From Eledone cirrhosa (Eukaryota), in NCBI GenBank assembly GCA_964016885.1, contig OZ024751.1, positions 40,610,001 to 40,674,000 on the forward strand: 64,000 bases of DNA, given 5' to 3'. Below the pieces are notes generated by a model. The model did not search any database. It was not told the DNA's origin and saw only the letters and a list, made by a program, of their open reading frames with translations. Shown piece by piece: positions 1-12,374 of the stretch; within the stretch, counting starts at the first letter, position 1; each line of letters begins with the position of its first letter. Made by a program: the position numbers and the translations under genes.

Positions 1-51
1 CGTTTAGGTTTTTAGAGTTGGAAGGTCAGACGTAGGTAAATGTATATATGG

Positions 52-123
<72 letters not shown>

Positions 124-289
124 GTATGTATATGAAGACTTGCATACACATATATTTAGCTTATATTTCGGTTGTTTAAGTAAAATCATGTTTCATAGTC
201 GTTAAGGATAAAGACAACACAGAGTTGCCTCCCTTGATTACCCAGGTAGTGGGGTGGGGATCCTCAATTGTCTTATATTATTTTAGTGG

Positions 290-460
290 ATCGGTAGAGG
301 GTCGGACGCCATGCTTTCCAGCATAGTTACGTCCCTTTACGATCTGAGTTCAAATCCCGCCGAGGTTGACTTTGCCTTTCATCCTTACGGGGTCGATAAA
401 ATAAAGTACCAGTAATACACTGGATAATTGCTGGCCTTGTGCCTAAAGTAGAAACAATTA
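290..460 (+). mobile_element. tRNA-derived SINE with Meta-like central domain. Other copies at about 17420-17537+, 18822-18921+, 23840-24012-, 24038-24146-, 27955-28051+, 28065-28237+, 34838-34962-, 38225-38385-, 39541-39659-, 54325-54428+, 54460-54583+, 55095-55222+, 57541-57639-
   Basis: B-box GAGTTCAAATCC followed by CTTTGCCTTTCATCCTTACGGGGTCGATAAAATAAAGTACCAG, repeated about 14 times in the window. Confidence 0.88.
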
Positions 461-618
461 TTTTATGATTACCAAGTCCAATAAAGCTGGTAGTAGTGAG
501 AGACATGACAAGCCTACCTTCAGATGAAATATATATATTTATGAAGTATAATCTTTATGAAAGAATATATTAGTGAATTTAAAGCCTTAGATAACATAAA
601 ATAGTATGTTATTCTCAG

Positions 619-679
619 GCTATGGCAATGCAAAATGGACGGTAGATTCTGGAATAAATTGAAGGCAATGAAGATGTTA
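619..679 (+). CDS. Candidate upstream exon of the same gene (ATG 635: MDGRFWNKLKAMKML, possible mitochondrial presequence)
   Basis: TTCTCAG acceptor at 618. Phase-0 donor TTA|GTGTGT at 680 would join to AFCS at 801. Basic amphipathic peptide. Other donors (676, 722) are possible. Confidence 0.35.
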
Positions 680-800
680 GTGTGTTACCTGTTATTTTAC
701 TTACCTGACCTAATATTTCAGGTGTAAAAACCCTTCCTCAGAAGATAACAGCACCCACTTTGATAACATGTTTTATATTTTTTATATTTTATGTTTGCAG

Positions 801-3471
801 GCATTTTGTAGTAAAACCACTTCAGAAAGTTCCATAAATAAGAATGCAGAAAGTGCCATAACTCAAGAGGCAGACAATGCCACAAATAAAGAAGCTGTTG
901 AAAGTGCCATAATTAAGGATACTGCTGAAAATTCTACAAATGAGGGAGAAAGTGCCATAATCCAAGAGGCTGTTGAAAGTGTCGTAGCTAAGGATGCTAC
1001 AGAAAGTACAACAATTCCAGAGGCAGAAAGTGTCTCAATAGCTGAGGCTGTGGCAGAAAGTGTCCCAGCAGCTGAGGCTGAGGCAGAAAGTGCCCCAATA
1101 GCTGAGGCAGAGAGTGACCCAGTAGCTGAGGCAAAAAGTGCCCCAGTAGCTGAGGCCGATGCAGAAAGTGCTCCAATAGCCGATGCAGAATGTGCTCCAA
1201 TAGCCGAGGCAGAAAGTGCTCCAATAGTTGAGGCTGTGGCAGAAAGTGCCCCAGTACTTGAGGCAGAAAGTGCCCCAATAGCTGAGGCAGAAAGTGCCCC
1301 AATAGCTGAGGCTGAGGCAGAAAGTGTCCCAGTAACTGAGGCTGAGGCAGAAAGTGCCCCAGTAGCTGAGGCTGTGGAAGAAAGTGCTCCAGCAGCTGAG
1401 GCAGAAAGTGCCCCAGTAGCTGAGGCTGTAGCAGAAAGTGCCCCAGTAGCCGAGGCAGAAAGTGCCCCAGTAGCCGAGGCAGAAAGTGCCCCAGTAGCTG
1501 AGGCAGAAAGTGCCCCAGTAGCTGAGGCAGAAAGTACACCAATAGCTGAGGCTTTGGCAGAAAGTGCCCTAGCAGATGAGGCAGAAAGTGCCCCAGTAGC
1601 TGAGGCTGTGGAAGAAAGTGCTCCAATAGCTGAGGCAGAAAGTGCCCCAGTAGCTGAGGCAGAAAGTGCCCCAGCAGCTGAGGCAGAAAGTGCCCCAATA
1701 GCTGAGGCAGAAGGTGTCCCAATAGCTGAGGCAGAAAGTGTCCCAGTAGCTGAGGTTGAGGCAGAAAGTGCCCCAGTAGCCGAGGCAGAAAGTGTCCCAG
1801 TAGCTGAGGTTGAGGCAGAAAGTGCCCCAGTAGCCGAGGCAGAAAGTGCCCCAGTAGCCGAGGTAGAAAGTGTCCCAGTAGCTGAGGCTGTGGCAGAAAG
1901 TGTCTCAGTAGCTGAGGCTGAGGCTGAAAGTGTCCCAGTAGCTGAGGCTGAGGCAGAAAGTGCCCCAGTAGCCGAGGCAGAAAGTGTCCCAGCAGCTGAG
2001 GCTGAGGCAGAAAGTGCCCCAATAGCTGAGGCAGAAAGTGCCCCAATATCTGAGGCTGAGGCAGAAAGTGCTCCGATAGCTGAGGCAGAAAGTGCCCCAA
2101 TAGCTGAAGTTGAAGCAGAAAGTGTCCCAGTAGCTGAGGCTGAGGCAGAAAGTGTCCCTGTAGCTGAGGCAGAAAGTGCCCCAATAGCTGAGGCTGTGAC
2201 AGAAAGTGCTCCAATAGCTGAGGCTGAGGCAGAAAGTGTCCCTGTAGCTGAGGCAGAAAGTGCCCCAATAGCTGAGGCTGTGACAGAAAGTGCTCCAATA
2301 GCTGAGGCTGTGACAGAAAGTGTCCCAATAGCTGAGGCTGTGACAGAAAGTGCTCCAATAGCTGAGGCTGAGGCAGAAAGTGTCCCAGTAGCTGAGGCTG
2401 AGGCAGAAAGTGTCCCAGTAGCTGAGGCTGTGACAGAAAGTGCCCCAATAGCTGAGGCTGAGGCAGAAAGTGTCCCAGTAGCTGAGGCTGAGGCAGAAAG
2501 TGTCCCAGTAGCTGAGGCAGAAAGTGCTCCAATAGCTGAGGCTGTGAGAGAAAGTGCTCCAATAGCTGAGGCTGAGGCAGAAAGTGTCCCAGTAGCTGAG
2601 GCAGAAAGTGCTCCAATAGCTGAGGCTGAGGCAGAAAGTGCTCCAATAGCTGAGGCTGAGGCAGAAAGTGTCCCAGTAGCTGAGGCTGTGACAGAAAGTA
2701 TCCCAGTAGCTGAGGCAGAAAGTGCTCCAATAGCTGAGGCTGTGACAGAAAGTGCCCCAATAGCTGAGGCTGAGGCAGAAAGTATCCCAGTAGCTGAGGC
2801 AGAAAGTGCTCCAATAGCTGAGGCTGTGAGAGAAAGTGCTCCAATAGCTGAGGCTGAGGCAGAAAGTGTCCCAGTAGCTGAGGCAGAAAGTGCTCCAATA
2901 GCTGAGGCTGAGGCAGAAAGTGCTCCAATAGCTGAGGCTGAGGCAGAAAGTGTCCCAGTAGCTGAGGCTGTGACAGAAAGTGCCCCAATAGCTGAGGCTG
3001 AGGCAGAAAGTGTCCCAGTAGCTGAGGCAGAAAGTGCCCCAATAGCTGAGGCTGTGACAGAAAGTGCTCCAATAGCTGAGATTGAGGCAGAAAGTGTCCC
3101 TGTAGCTGAGGCAGAAAGTGCTCCAATAGCTGAGGCTGTGACAGAAAGTGCTCCAATAGCTGAGGCTGAGGCAGAAAGTGTCCCTGTAGCTGAGGCAGAA
3201 AGTGCTCCAATAGCTGAGGCTGAGGCAGAAAGTGTCCCTGTAGCTGAGGCAGAAAGTGCTCCAATAGCTGAGGCTGAGGCAGAAAGTGTCCCTGTAGCTG
3301 AGGCAGAAAGTGCTCCAATAGCTGAGGCTGAGGCAGAAAGTGTATCAGTATCTGAGGCAGAAAGTGTACCAGTAAGTGAGGCAGAAAGTGCCATAATCAT
3401 TGAAGTAGAAAGTGCCATGCTTGAGGATATAGAAAGTGCTGTAACAGAGGATGCTCCACCAGACATTGAAG
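801..3471 (+). CDS. NDUFV3: Large internal coding exon (890 codons) of an NDUFV3-like gene; acidic 8/10-aa tandem repeats (ESAPIAEA / ESVPVAEAEA / ESAPIAEAVT)
   Basis: Pyrimidine tract plus TTTGCAG acceptor ending at 800. Open frame AFCSKTTSE...PPDIE. Phase-1 donor GAAG|GTGCGC at 3472 joins in frame to the exon at 4390. The listed ATG at 768 lies in intron-like sequence. Confidence 0.7.
1020..3420 (+). repeat. Coding minisatellite with 24- and 30-nt units (GCAGAAAGTGCCCCAATAGCTGAG[GCTGAG])
   Basis: Directly visible. All unit lengths are multiples of 3. The rare GTGAGA variant recurs at 2544 and 2826 (282-nt higher-order duplication). Confidence 0.97.
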
Positions 3472-3869
3472 GTGCGCAATTATTTTCTATTAAATTTCTT
3501 TGATACTTAAATCGGTAAACTATGATCATTTAAAAAAATAAAATACGTATTTATATCAGTTAACACCTGCTTTTGATGAGTTTACATAGACCTAGTGAGT
3601 ATTGAAGCAGGGTTATTGACCTCACAGAGTTTGAGGAGGTCTCTATTCTGCTTTATGCATGGTCATAACTGCAAAGGAGCAGTTTACAGCGTGCACTGAG
3701 TGCTTTTATTGTATAGATTCATCATCATCATCATTGTCATTTAACGTCCATTTCCCATGCTAGTACCTAGCAGTGCTATTTTCCATATGCTGTATATATA
3801 TGTAAGTCCTAGGGGACTCTATAGAATCTGTTCAGTACCTAGTAGTACTATTTTCTGTATGATATTTTA

Positions 3870-4310
3870 TGTGATATTGTTGTATCTGATATATTTGTAT
3901 ATGATATTGTAGTATCTGATCTATTAGTATGTGATATATTAGTATGTGATATTGTTGTATCTGATTTATTAGTATGTGATATTGTTGTATCTGATTTATT
4001 AGGATGTGATGTTATATCTTATCTATTAGTATGTGATATTGTTGTATCTGATATATTAGTATGTGATATTGTTGTATCTGATATATTAGTATGTGATATT
4101 GTAGTATCTGATCTATTAGTATGTGATATATTAGTATGTGATATTGTTGTATCTGATTTATTAGGATCTGATGTTGTATCTTATCTATTAGTATGTGATA
4201 TTGTTGTATCTGATATATTAGTATGTGATATTGTTGTATCTGATATATTAGTATGTGATATTGTATCTGATATATTAGTATGTGATATTATTGTATGTTA
4301 TATATTTGAT
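3870..4310. repeat. Intronic minisatellite, 30-nt unit (GATATTGTTGTATCTGATATATTAGTATGT) built from 15-mers
   Basis: Directly visible tandem copies. Confidence 0.92.
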
Positions 4311-4389
4311 ATTTTTGTCCAGATTTTATTAGTAAATGCTAATACAATCATTTATCTATTGTTATATTTATTTATTATTTCAATTTCAG

Positions 4390-4523
4390 TAGAAGAATTT
4401 GATATCAACTCTTACAAATGTGAAGAATATTTCGAACATACGCCCATGACTTTTTATGATTTTGAAATTGAAATGGAAAAATACAGAGCAACACAACCAG
4501 AACCAATTAAAATTAAATTGTAA
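4390..4523 (+). CDS. NDUFV3: Terminal exon encoding an NDUFV3 (complex I flavoprotein 3) C-terminal domain: VEEFDINSYKCEEYFEHTPMTFYDFEIEMEKYRATQPEPIKIKL*
   Basis: TTTCAG acceptor at 4389 (tandem TAG at 4392), stop TAA 4521-4523. The pattern FD-x-x-YK...TF-x-D-x-x-x-EM-x-KYR-x-x-QP matches the NDUFV3 signature as I recall it (human [35 protein letters not shown]). Absent from the ORF track. Confidence 0.8.
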
Positions 4524-5077
4524 TTGTTATTTAATTGTATCAATAATTATTGATTAACCCTGACATTCTGCCATGTATATGTGTGGTCCTTAATTTTGAA
4601 CTTTTATATGAAAATTACAATATTTGTCAAGTAAACCTGAAAAAAAAAAGGATTAAAAAGGATAAGAAATGTAAAAACCTAACAAAAATCACCGCAGTGC
4701 CTTATTAGGGAACTCAGGTTAAATTAATAATGTAAAATAATCTCAGATAAATGGAAATACCTGTAGAAATACCTGTAGTAAATAGAAGTGTGTGGTAGAA
4801 TGGATTAGCTGGGTGGTGGTGGGAGTAGGATATCTAGTTATATATCAGTGGTACCTGGCTAGGTGGGGTGGTGGAGGGGTGTAGTTATATAGTGTTGGTA
4901 CCCGGCTAGGTGGTGGTGGTGGAGTGTACCAAGCTAGGTGGTGATGGGGTGTAGTTATATATAATTGTTACCTTGCTAGGTGGTGGGTATATTTATATAT
5001 CGTTAGGATGTGGCTGCGTAAGTGATAATAAATATACATCATTGCTACCTGGTTCAGTGGGGGAGGTGGTATAGTTA

Positions 5078-5870
5078 TACATCGTTGGTACCTGACTGGG
5101 GGGTAGGGTGGGGCTATATTTATACATCGTTGGTGCCATTATACAGCCCTGGTACCATTATACAATGATGGTACCTGACTGGGGGTGAAGGGCTACATAC
5201 ATACATCGTTGGTACCTGACTGGGGGGTAGGGTGGGGCTATATTTATACATCGTTGGTGCCATTATACAGCCCTGGTACCATTATACAATGATGGTACCT
5301 GACTGGGGGTGAAGGGCTACATACATACATCGTTGGTACCTGACTGGGGGGTAGGGTGGGGCTATATTTATACATCGTTGGTGCCATTATACAGCCCTGG
5401 TACCATTATACAATGATGGTACCTGACTGGGGGTGAAGGGCTACATACATACATCGTTGGTACCTGACTGGGGGGTAGGGTGGGGCTATATTTATACATC
5501 GTTGGTGCCATTATACAGCCCTGGTACCATTATACAATGATGGTACCTGACTGGGGGTGAAGGGCTACATACATACATCGTTGGTACCTGACTGGGGGGT
5601 AGGGTGGGGCTATATTTATACATCGTTGGTGCCATTATACAGCCCTGGTACCATTATACAATGATGGTACCTGACTGGGGGTGAAGGGCTACATACATAC
5701 ATCGTTGGTACCTGACTGGGGGGTAGGGTGGGGCTATATTTATACATCGTTGGTGCCATTATACAGCCCTGGTACCATTATACAATGATGGTACCTGACT
5801 GGGGGTGAAGGGCTACATACATACATCGTTGGTACCTGAATGGGGGTGAAGGGCTATATACATCGTTGTA
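5078..5870. repeat. 124-bp tandem array, about 6 near-identical G-rich copies
   Basis: GGTACCTGACTGGGGGGTAGG recurs at 5211, 5335 and 5459 (period 124). Confidence 0.95.
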
Positions 5871-6053
5871 CCTGGGTGTGGGGTGGGTGGTGTATGTGGG
5901 GGGGGATATTTATGCATCGTCTATATCGGAATAATTACTATCTTGCTATAAATGGTAAATAATGACTACTTTGTTCTCTCCCTATAAATGGTTTGGAAAT
6001 AAAGTTTTGCTACAAACATTTTATTGAATTTTATATTGTTTGTCAATAATAAA

Positions 6054-6414
6054 AGCACCCAGTCCACTCTGTAAGGTGGTCATGCTGGTGGCACAACAAA
6101 AAACACCCAGTCCACTCTGTAAGGTGGTCATGCTGGTGGCACAACAAAAAACACCCAGTCCACTCTGTAAGGTGGTCATGCTGGTGGCACAACAAAAAAC
6201 ACCCAGTCCACTCTGTAAGGTGGTTGTGCTGGTGGCACAACAAAAAAACACCCAGTCCACCCTGTAAGGTGGTCATGCTGGTGGCACAACAAAAAACACC
6301 CAGTCCACCCTGTAAGGTGGTCATGCTGGTGGCACAACAAAAAACACCCAGTCCACTCTGTAAGGTGGTCATGCTGGTGGCACAACAAAAAACACCCAGT
6401 CCACACTGTAAGGT
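6054..6414. repeat. 48-bp tandem array (about 7.5 copies)
   Basis: AGTCCACTCTGTAAGGTGGTCATGCTGGTGGCACAACAAAAAACACCC at 6061, 6109, 6157 and onward; unit length varies only in the A-run. Confidence 0.95.
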
Positions 6415-6504
6415 TTAAGTCATTTTGTCATAGAATACTGGTAAAACTTTCGCATTAAAAGTTTTTCATACATATCTAAGTCTGCTGTTTGCCATTCTAA
6501 AGTC

Positions 6505-6780
6505 TGTTTCGAGTCTGGAGTCTCATCAGGCTGGAGCTTATCCCGGTTTCTATGGCATGAAGCGACAGAGTACAGGACTCCCCCCTGGACTGGATGCCAG
6601 TCCATCGCAGGGTTAAATCCCCCAGCTATTACTGGCATTCATCTTCAGCCGAGTATATTGGAGCAACATGAAATGAAGTATTTTGCTCAAGAATACAACA
6701 CACAACCCAGTCCTGGAATCAAACCCACAACATTATGATCGTATATCCAACACACTTACCGCGAGGCTATGCAGCTCCAC
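6505..6780 (-). mobile_element. CORE-type tRNA-derived SINE. Related copies at about 17250-17385-, 24380-24495-, 26525-26820+ (two), 31070-31150-, 35165-35300-, 47311-47545+
   Basis: B-box (GGTTCGATTCC-like), then TGTGTTCTTGAGCAAAACACTTTATTTCA...CTCAGCTG (CORE-like) and a CCCTGCGATGGACTGGCATCC...GAAACCGGGATAAGCTCC tail. Confidence 0.8.
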
Positions 6781-7252
6781 ATGTTTACCATTGTTCTGTA
6801 GTAAAAGTATTAAAAGTGTGAGATGCTCTGGATTACACAGCAATGTGTCAGTGTGAATTAAGGCACTGTTGAGTGTAATGTCTGTTTCAAATGACACTGG
6901 TATATTTAACTTCACTGACATAGAAAAGAAACAGGCTTCAGAATGTTATATTAACCCTTTAGCCTTTAAACTGGCCATATCTGGCTAGAATTCTTTCACT
7001 TCTTTCAATTCAAACCGGCTGTAACCAGTCACTCATAGCTACATTAAGGTATTGTTTTCAAAATAAATAACATCAAAATCTCATAGATTTAACATTATGT
7101 GAGATAATTATGTAAGATAAAGCTTTTACTGTGAAAATACAACAGTAAATATAGAGTAATGTAACTGCTAAAGGGTTAAAAGTATTTAACATTATATCAT
7201 TTTGTCAGAGAAATATGTATATTTGACTTGTTTACAAATCCAGACACTAAAA

Positions 7253-7282
<30 letters not shown>

Positions 7283-7283
<1 letters not shown>

Positions 7284-7459
7284 ACGAAGGAAATGTGGTA
7301 AGGAACCAGGTGGACCATAACGCACCAAAGTACTCAATACTTGAGGTAGTAGAGTGGGTAATAGGAACCAGTAAGACCCCGACAGCTGAGCTCAAGCCGT
7401 TTTAGTCCAGAATTAGCCGTCGAAACGGCTTGAGCTCAGCTGTCGGGGTCTTACTGGTT

Positions 7460-7463
<4 letters not shown>
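7283..7463 (-). mobile_element. Fold-back family A insert in (TA)n (Penelope-like terminus); copies at 18300-18449+, 22570-22785+, 24611-24795+, 38900-39093+, 52987-53168-
   Basis: Six copies. Each has an inverted arm ending at the same TTCCTA-like site and an unpaired tail of about 78 nt ending near CCTTCGT-(TA)n. Confidence 0.75.
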
Positions 7464-7500
<37 letters not shown>

Positions 7501-7654
7501 AGTCACCTCTAAGCAATCCAATCCAATCCAGGATTTTCTCACCTTTGTTCAAGGAACTCCTTAATAGTTGACCTTGAATGAAACAGTTCTAGTCCTGTAG
7601 AAGCCATTTCTACATTAAAAATTATATATATATATGTGTGTATATATATATATA

Positions 7655-7697
<43 letters not shown>

Positions 7698-8309
7698 ATA
7701 TATATATATGTGTATGTGTATATATATATATATATGTGTATATATATATATATATACATATATGTATATAACGATAAAGTAACGGAGCCATAGGCCCTCA
7801 CCATTCCCTGTAAATAATGTGCTCAAAGGAGAAGAAATCCTGAGCTCTTTAAAATACAATATGTTGAAAAGGTAACACACTAGAGAGAGATATACAGTGC
7901 GCTATCAATAAAACAGGGGAAAAACCACCAGTGTATGGAATCTATAACCTATCAAAGGCAGACTATAGATACGATAATTAAAAATATAAATTAAAGCGTA
8001 AATAAATACCTCTATAACTATATAACACACGTACAAATCCAAAGAGATCTGTTTCGCCAGTAATTTGTTGACAGAAATGGAATAACCTCGGTTCCTCAGT
8101 GTGTGTAAGGCTATACATTTCAGACAACACTGAGAGAATGTTAAAAGTGGCTGTCCAGCTACACGTGGGAGAGAGAAGTCAGAGCGTGTTTAAGGGCACA
8201 GTGGCCTCTGAGGGACAAGCTGCTAGAAAGGGCAGCCCAAAACCATTCAGTATATATATATATGTGTATATATATATATATATATGAGAGTATTGAAGTT
8301 TACTTAAAG

Positions 8310-8380
<71 letters not shown>

Positions 8381-8383
8381 TAT

Positions 8384-8416
<33 letters not shown>

Positions 8417-8730
8417 ATTAAGTTAAAAAACTAGTCCAATATTCCTTGTCTGGCTTTCTGGAGAATAGAGGAAAGGTGTTTCCTCGAAAACCAGTATGAC
8501 TCTAAAAACCGGTTTGTCTGTGTGTTTACATACAGAATAGCTGGACACTCACAGTAAAGTGTCCAGTGAAAAACTCGGTACATCTACATATGTACACGTG
8601 TGTGTATTCATATGCATACTAGTATTTCAGTATACATATGTGGATGTACATTTTTAACTTAATTGTTTAAGCGTCAGTCATACAAAAGTGAGTTACAAAC
8701 GAAAGGAAATTTAATTTCGTTTCGTTATTT

Positions 8731-8807
<77 letters not shown>

Positions 8808-8899
8808 TATATACACACACACATATATATATATATACGATATATCTCGTCCAAACCCATGCAAGCGTGGAAGATGGACGTTAAACGATGATGATGATG

Positions 8900-8933
<34 letters not shown>

Positions 8934-9059
8934 GTTATGTATAGATATATAGATATTGATATGTATGTGCCTGATGTAGATATATATGTATGTAAGTAAT
9001 GGTGAGATTATGTCAGTGAATGTATGTAAGCTATATGTAAGTATAAGTAGTGTATGTTT

Positions 9060-9440
9060 ATATATGAGTATGTATGTGTGGGTGTATATGTTTATATATG
9101 TGTATGTATGTGTGGGTGTATATGTTTATATATGTGTATGTATGTGTGGGTGTATATGTTTATATATGTGTATGTATGTGTGGGTGTATATGTTTATATA
9201 TGTGTATGTATGTATGGGTGTATATGTTTATATATGTGTATGTATGTGTGGGTGTATATGTTTATATATGTGTATGTATGTGTGGGTGTATATGTTTATA
9301 TATATATGTGTATGTGTGGGTGTATATGTTTATATATGTGTGTATGTGTGGGTGTATATGTTTATATATGTGTACATGTGGGTGTATATGTTTATATATG
9401 TGTGTATGTGTGTGTATATGTTTATATATGTGTGTATGTG
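9060..9440. repeat. About 34-bp minisatellite (GTATGTATGTGTGGGTGTATATGTTTATATATGT) derived from microsatellite
   Basis: Directly visible. Confidence 0.85.
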
Positions 9441-9539
9441 TGTGCATATGTGTATGTGTGAGTGTGTGTAAAGCTACATTAACAGGAAAAGTATAGTCCC
9501 GGTCAACTTACTACAGAATAACAGCAATAAAAAATCTAC

Positions 9540-10331
<792 letters not shown>

Positions 10332-10414
10332 AGAAGTATAATAAATACAGCAGTGAGTTTTTTGTTTACGTTTTAGTGTTAATGTAACAGAAGACTTTGT
10401 ATGTTTACACATCA

Positions 10415-11611
10415 GCAGGGATAGGGGTAGTGTGTAGGGGGTAGGGGTTGGGGTGGTAGACAGAGGTAGGGTTGGTGGACTGGGGGCAGGGGTTGGGGTG
10501 GTAGACAGAGGTAGGGTTGGTAGACTGGGGGTAGGGGATGGAGGTAGGAGTGGTGGACAGTAGTTCGGGCAGAGCCCGATATAATAGTTGAGGACACGGG
10601 TTCGCGTGCAGGCTGGGTTAGCTGTAGTAGAAAGTTGGTCTCTGGGGTGATGGGCTGTGGGTGTAGTGGGGGGGGGTGGGGGGTGGGGGGTGGCAGGGTG
10701 GGGATAAGAGAGGTAACGTGTCTGGTGTCAGGTAGGGGGTGGCTGGGTATAGATAAGGGGGGTGGTATGTCAACTGGGGTGGAGACGGCGTGGGTGGACG
10801 GGATGTAGGTGAGAGTGGTGTGTCTATTAGGGTGGTGGCGGAGTGTAAATGGTGGTGGGGTGGGGTGTCTACTGAGGTGGTGGAGGTGTGTAAATGGTGG
10901 TGGTGGTGGGGTGTCTACTGAGGTGGTGGAGGTGTGTAAATGGTGGTGGTGGTGGGGTGTCTACTGAGGTGGTGGCGGTGTGTAAATGGTGGTGGTGGTG
11001 GGGTGTCTACTGAGGTGGTGGAGGTGTGTAAATGGTGGTGGTGGTGGGGTGTCTACTGAGGTGGTGGCGGTGTGTAAATGGTGGTGGTGGTGGGGTGTCT
11101 ACTGAGGTGGTGGAGGTGTGTAAATGGTGGTGGGGTGGGGTGTCTACTGAGGTGGTGGCGGTGTGTAAATGGTGGTGGTGTGTCATGTGGTGTGGTGTGG
11201 CGGTGTGTCTACTGGGGTGGTGGCGGGTCGACGAGATGTAGGTGAGAGTGATGGTGTGTCTATTAGGGTGGAGACAGAGTGTAAGTGGTGGTGGTGGTGT
11301 GTCTACTGGCTACTGAGGTGGTGGTGGTGTGTCTACTGGCTACTGAGGTGGTGGTGGTGTGTCTACTGGCTACTGGGGTGGTGGTGGTGTGTCTACTGGC
11401 TACTGAGGTGGTGGTGGTGTGTCTACTGGCTACTGAGGTGGTGGTGGTGTGTCTACTGGCTACTGAGGTGGTGGTGGTGTGTCTACTGGCTACTGGGGTG
11501 GTGGTGGTGTTGTAGTGGTGGTGTAGTGGTGGTATAGTTGTGGTAATGGTAGTGGTGAGGTGGTGGTGGTATTGATGGTAGTGGTAATAGCAGTAGTGAT
11601 AGTATTAGTAT

Positions 11612-11649
<38 letters not shown>

Positions 11650-11660
11650 ATGGTGATAGC
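10415..11660. repeat. G-rich compound minisatellite block: 46-bp unit (10850-11190), 30-bp unit (11285-11510), (GGT)n/(AGT)n
   Basis: GTGTCTACTG recurs at 10911 and 10957; the 30-mer GTGGTGGTGTGTCTACTGGCTACTGAGGTG is repeated. Confidence 0.9.
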
Positions 11661-12374
11661 AATAGTAGAGACTAGTAAGAACTAAGGAACCAGGATGTAA
11701 TGGAAGGGGGAGGATAGGTAAATAAAGGGAGTGGGGAGGAGGAGTGTAAGTAAGAGATGTTTCATCACAACGGGGTACAACTGTAAAAAAATATTAGTGA
11801 ATGACTTTATTGGAGGAGGAGCGGAGTTATAGGCGGTCTGCGTTGGTACAGTGGACATGAATATGTATGTATGTGTGTATGTATATGTGTGTATGTTTAT
11901 ATGTATAGATACATATGCATACACACATAATACACGTATATATATTTATTTATATATATATTTATATTAAATTTATGAATTTTTCATGGAAGGTTTTGGA
12001 CTATAAAAAAATAGTCTAAACAATAGGGTCTATAAGGTTTTATAGAATAAAATGAGCATTAGCACCTTCAGGACACGAACCCACAACTTCATGGATATAT
12101 TCTACTAAACACGCCTTTCCATTTGTGGGAGGCTAATACCTGCTGAGGAAGCATTGCAAGCAAAATTACGTAATGTCTGCTGATATTACCTAACTTCTGT
12201 GAACAGTTGTTCCAGTTAGATCTTAGATCTATTGTTGTCATGTCGGAATTGTGGAAACCGTGTATGGTGCCAATATCACAAACTATTATTAAGATCAATA
12301 AATATTTTAAAAGGTAACAATTCAATAGATTTGTTCTTGTTCTCATTGATAAGTTTTTTGCAGAAGTTTAACCA

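Noticed and set aside
768-800. ATG at 768 as start with a signal-peptide-like MFYIFYILCLQ
   Set aside because: This is the T-rich polypyrimidine tract and CAG acceptor. A secreted single-exon protein is less likely than the spliced model.
863-3529. Antisense ORFs of 888 aa and 773 aa overlapping the repeat exon
   Set aside because: Expected shadows of a stop-free in-frame tandem repeat. Only the + frame has splice sites linking to a conserved domain.
5078-6414. CRISPR-like arrays or repeat-protein ORFs (6021-6418)
   Set aside because: Head-to-tail units without unique spacers, eukaryotic context, and frameshifting A-run variation.
12089-12346. 85-aa minus-strand ORF in unique sequence
   Set aside because: No recognisable domain or partner exons; cannot be supported without transcript data.
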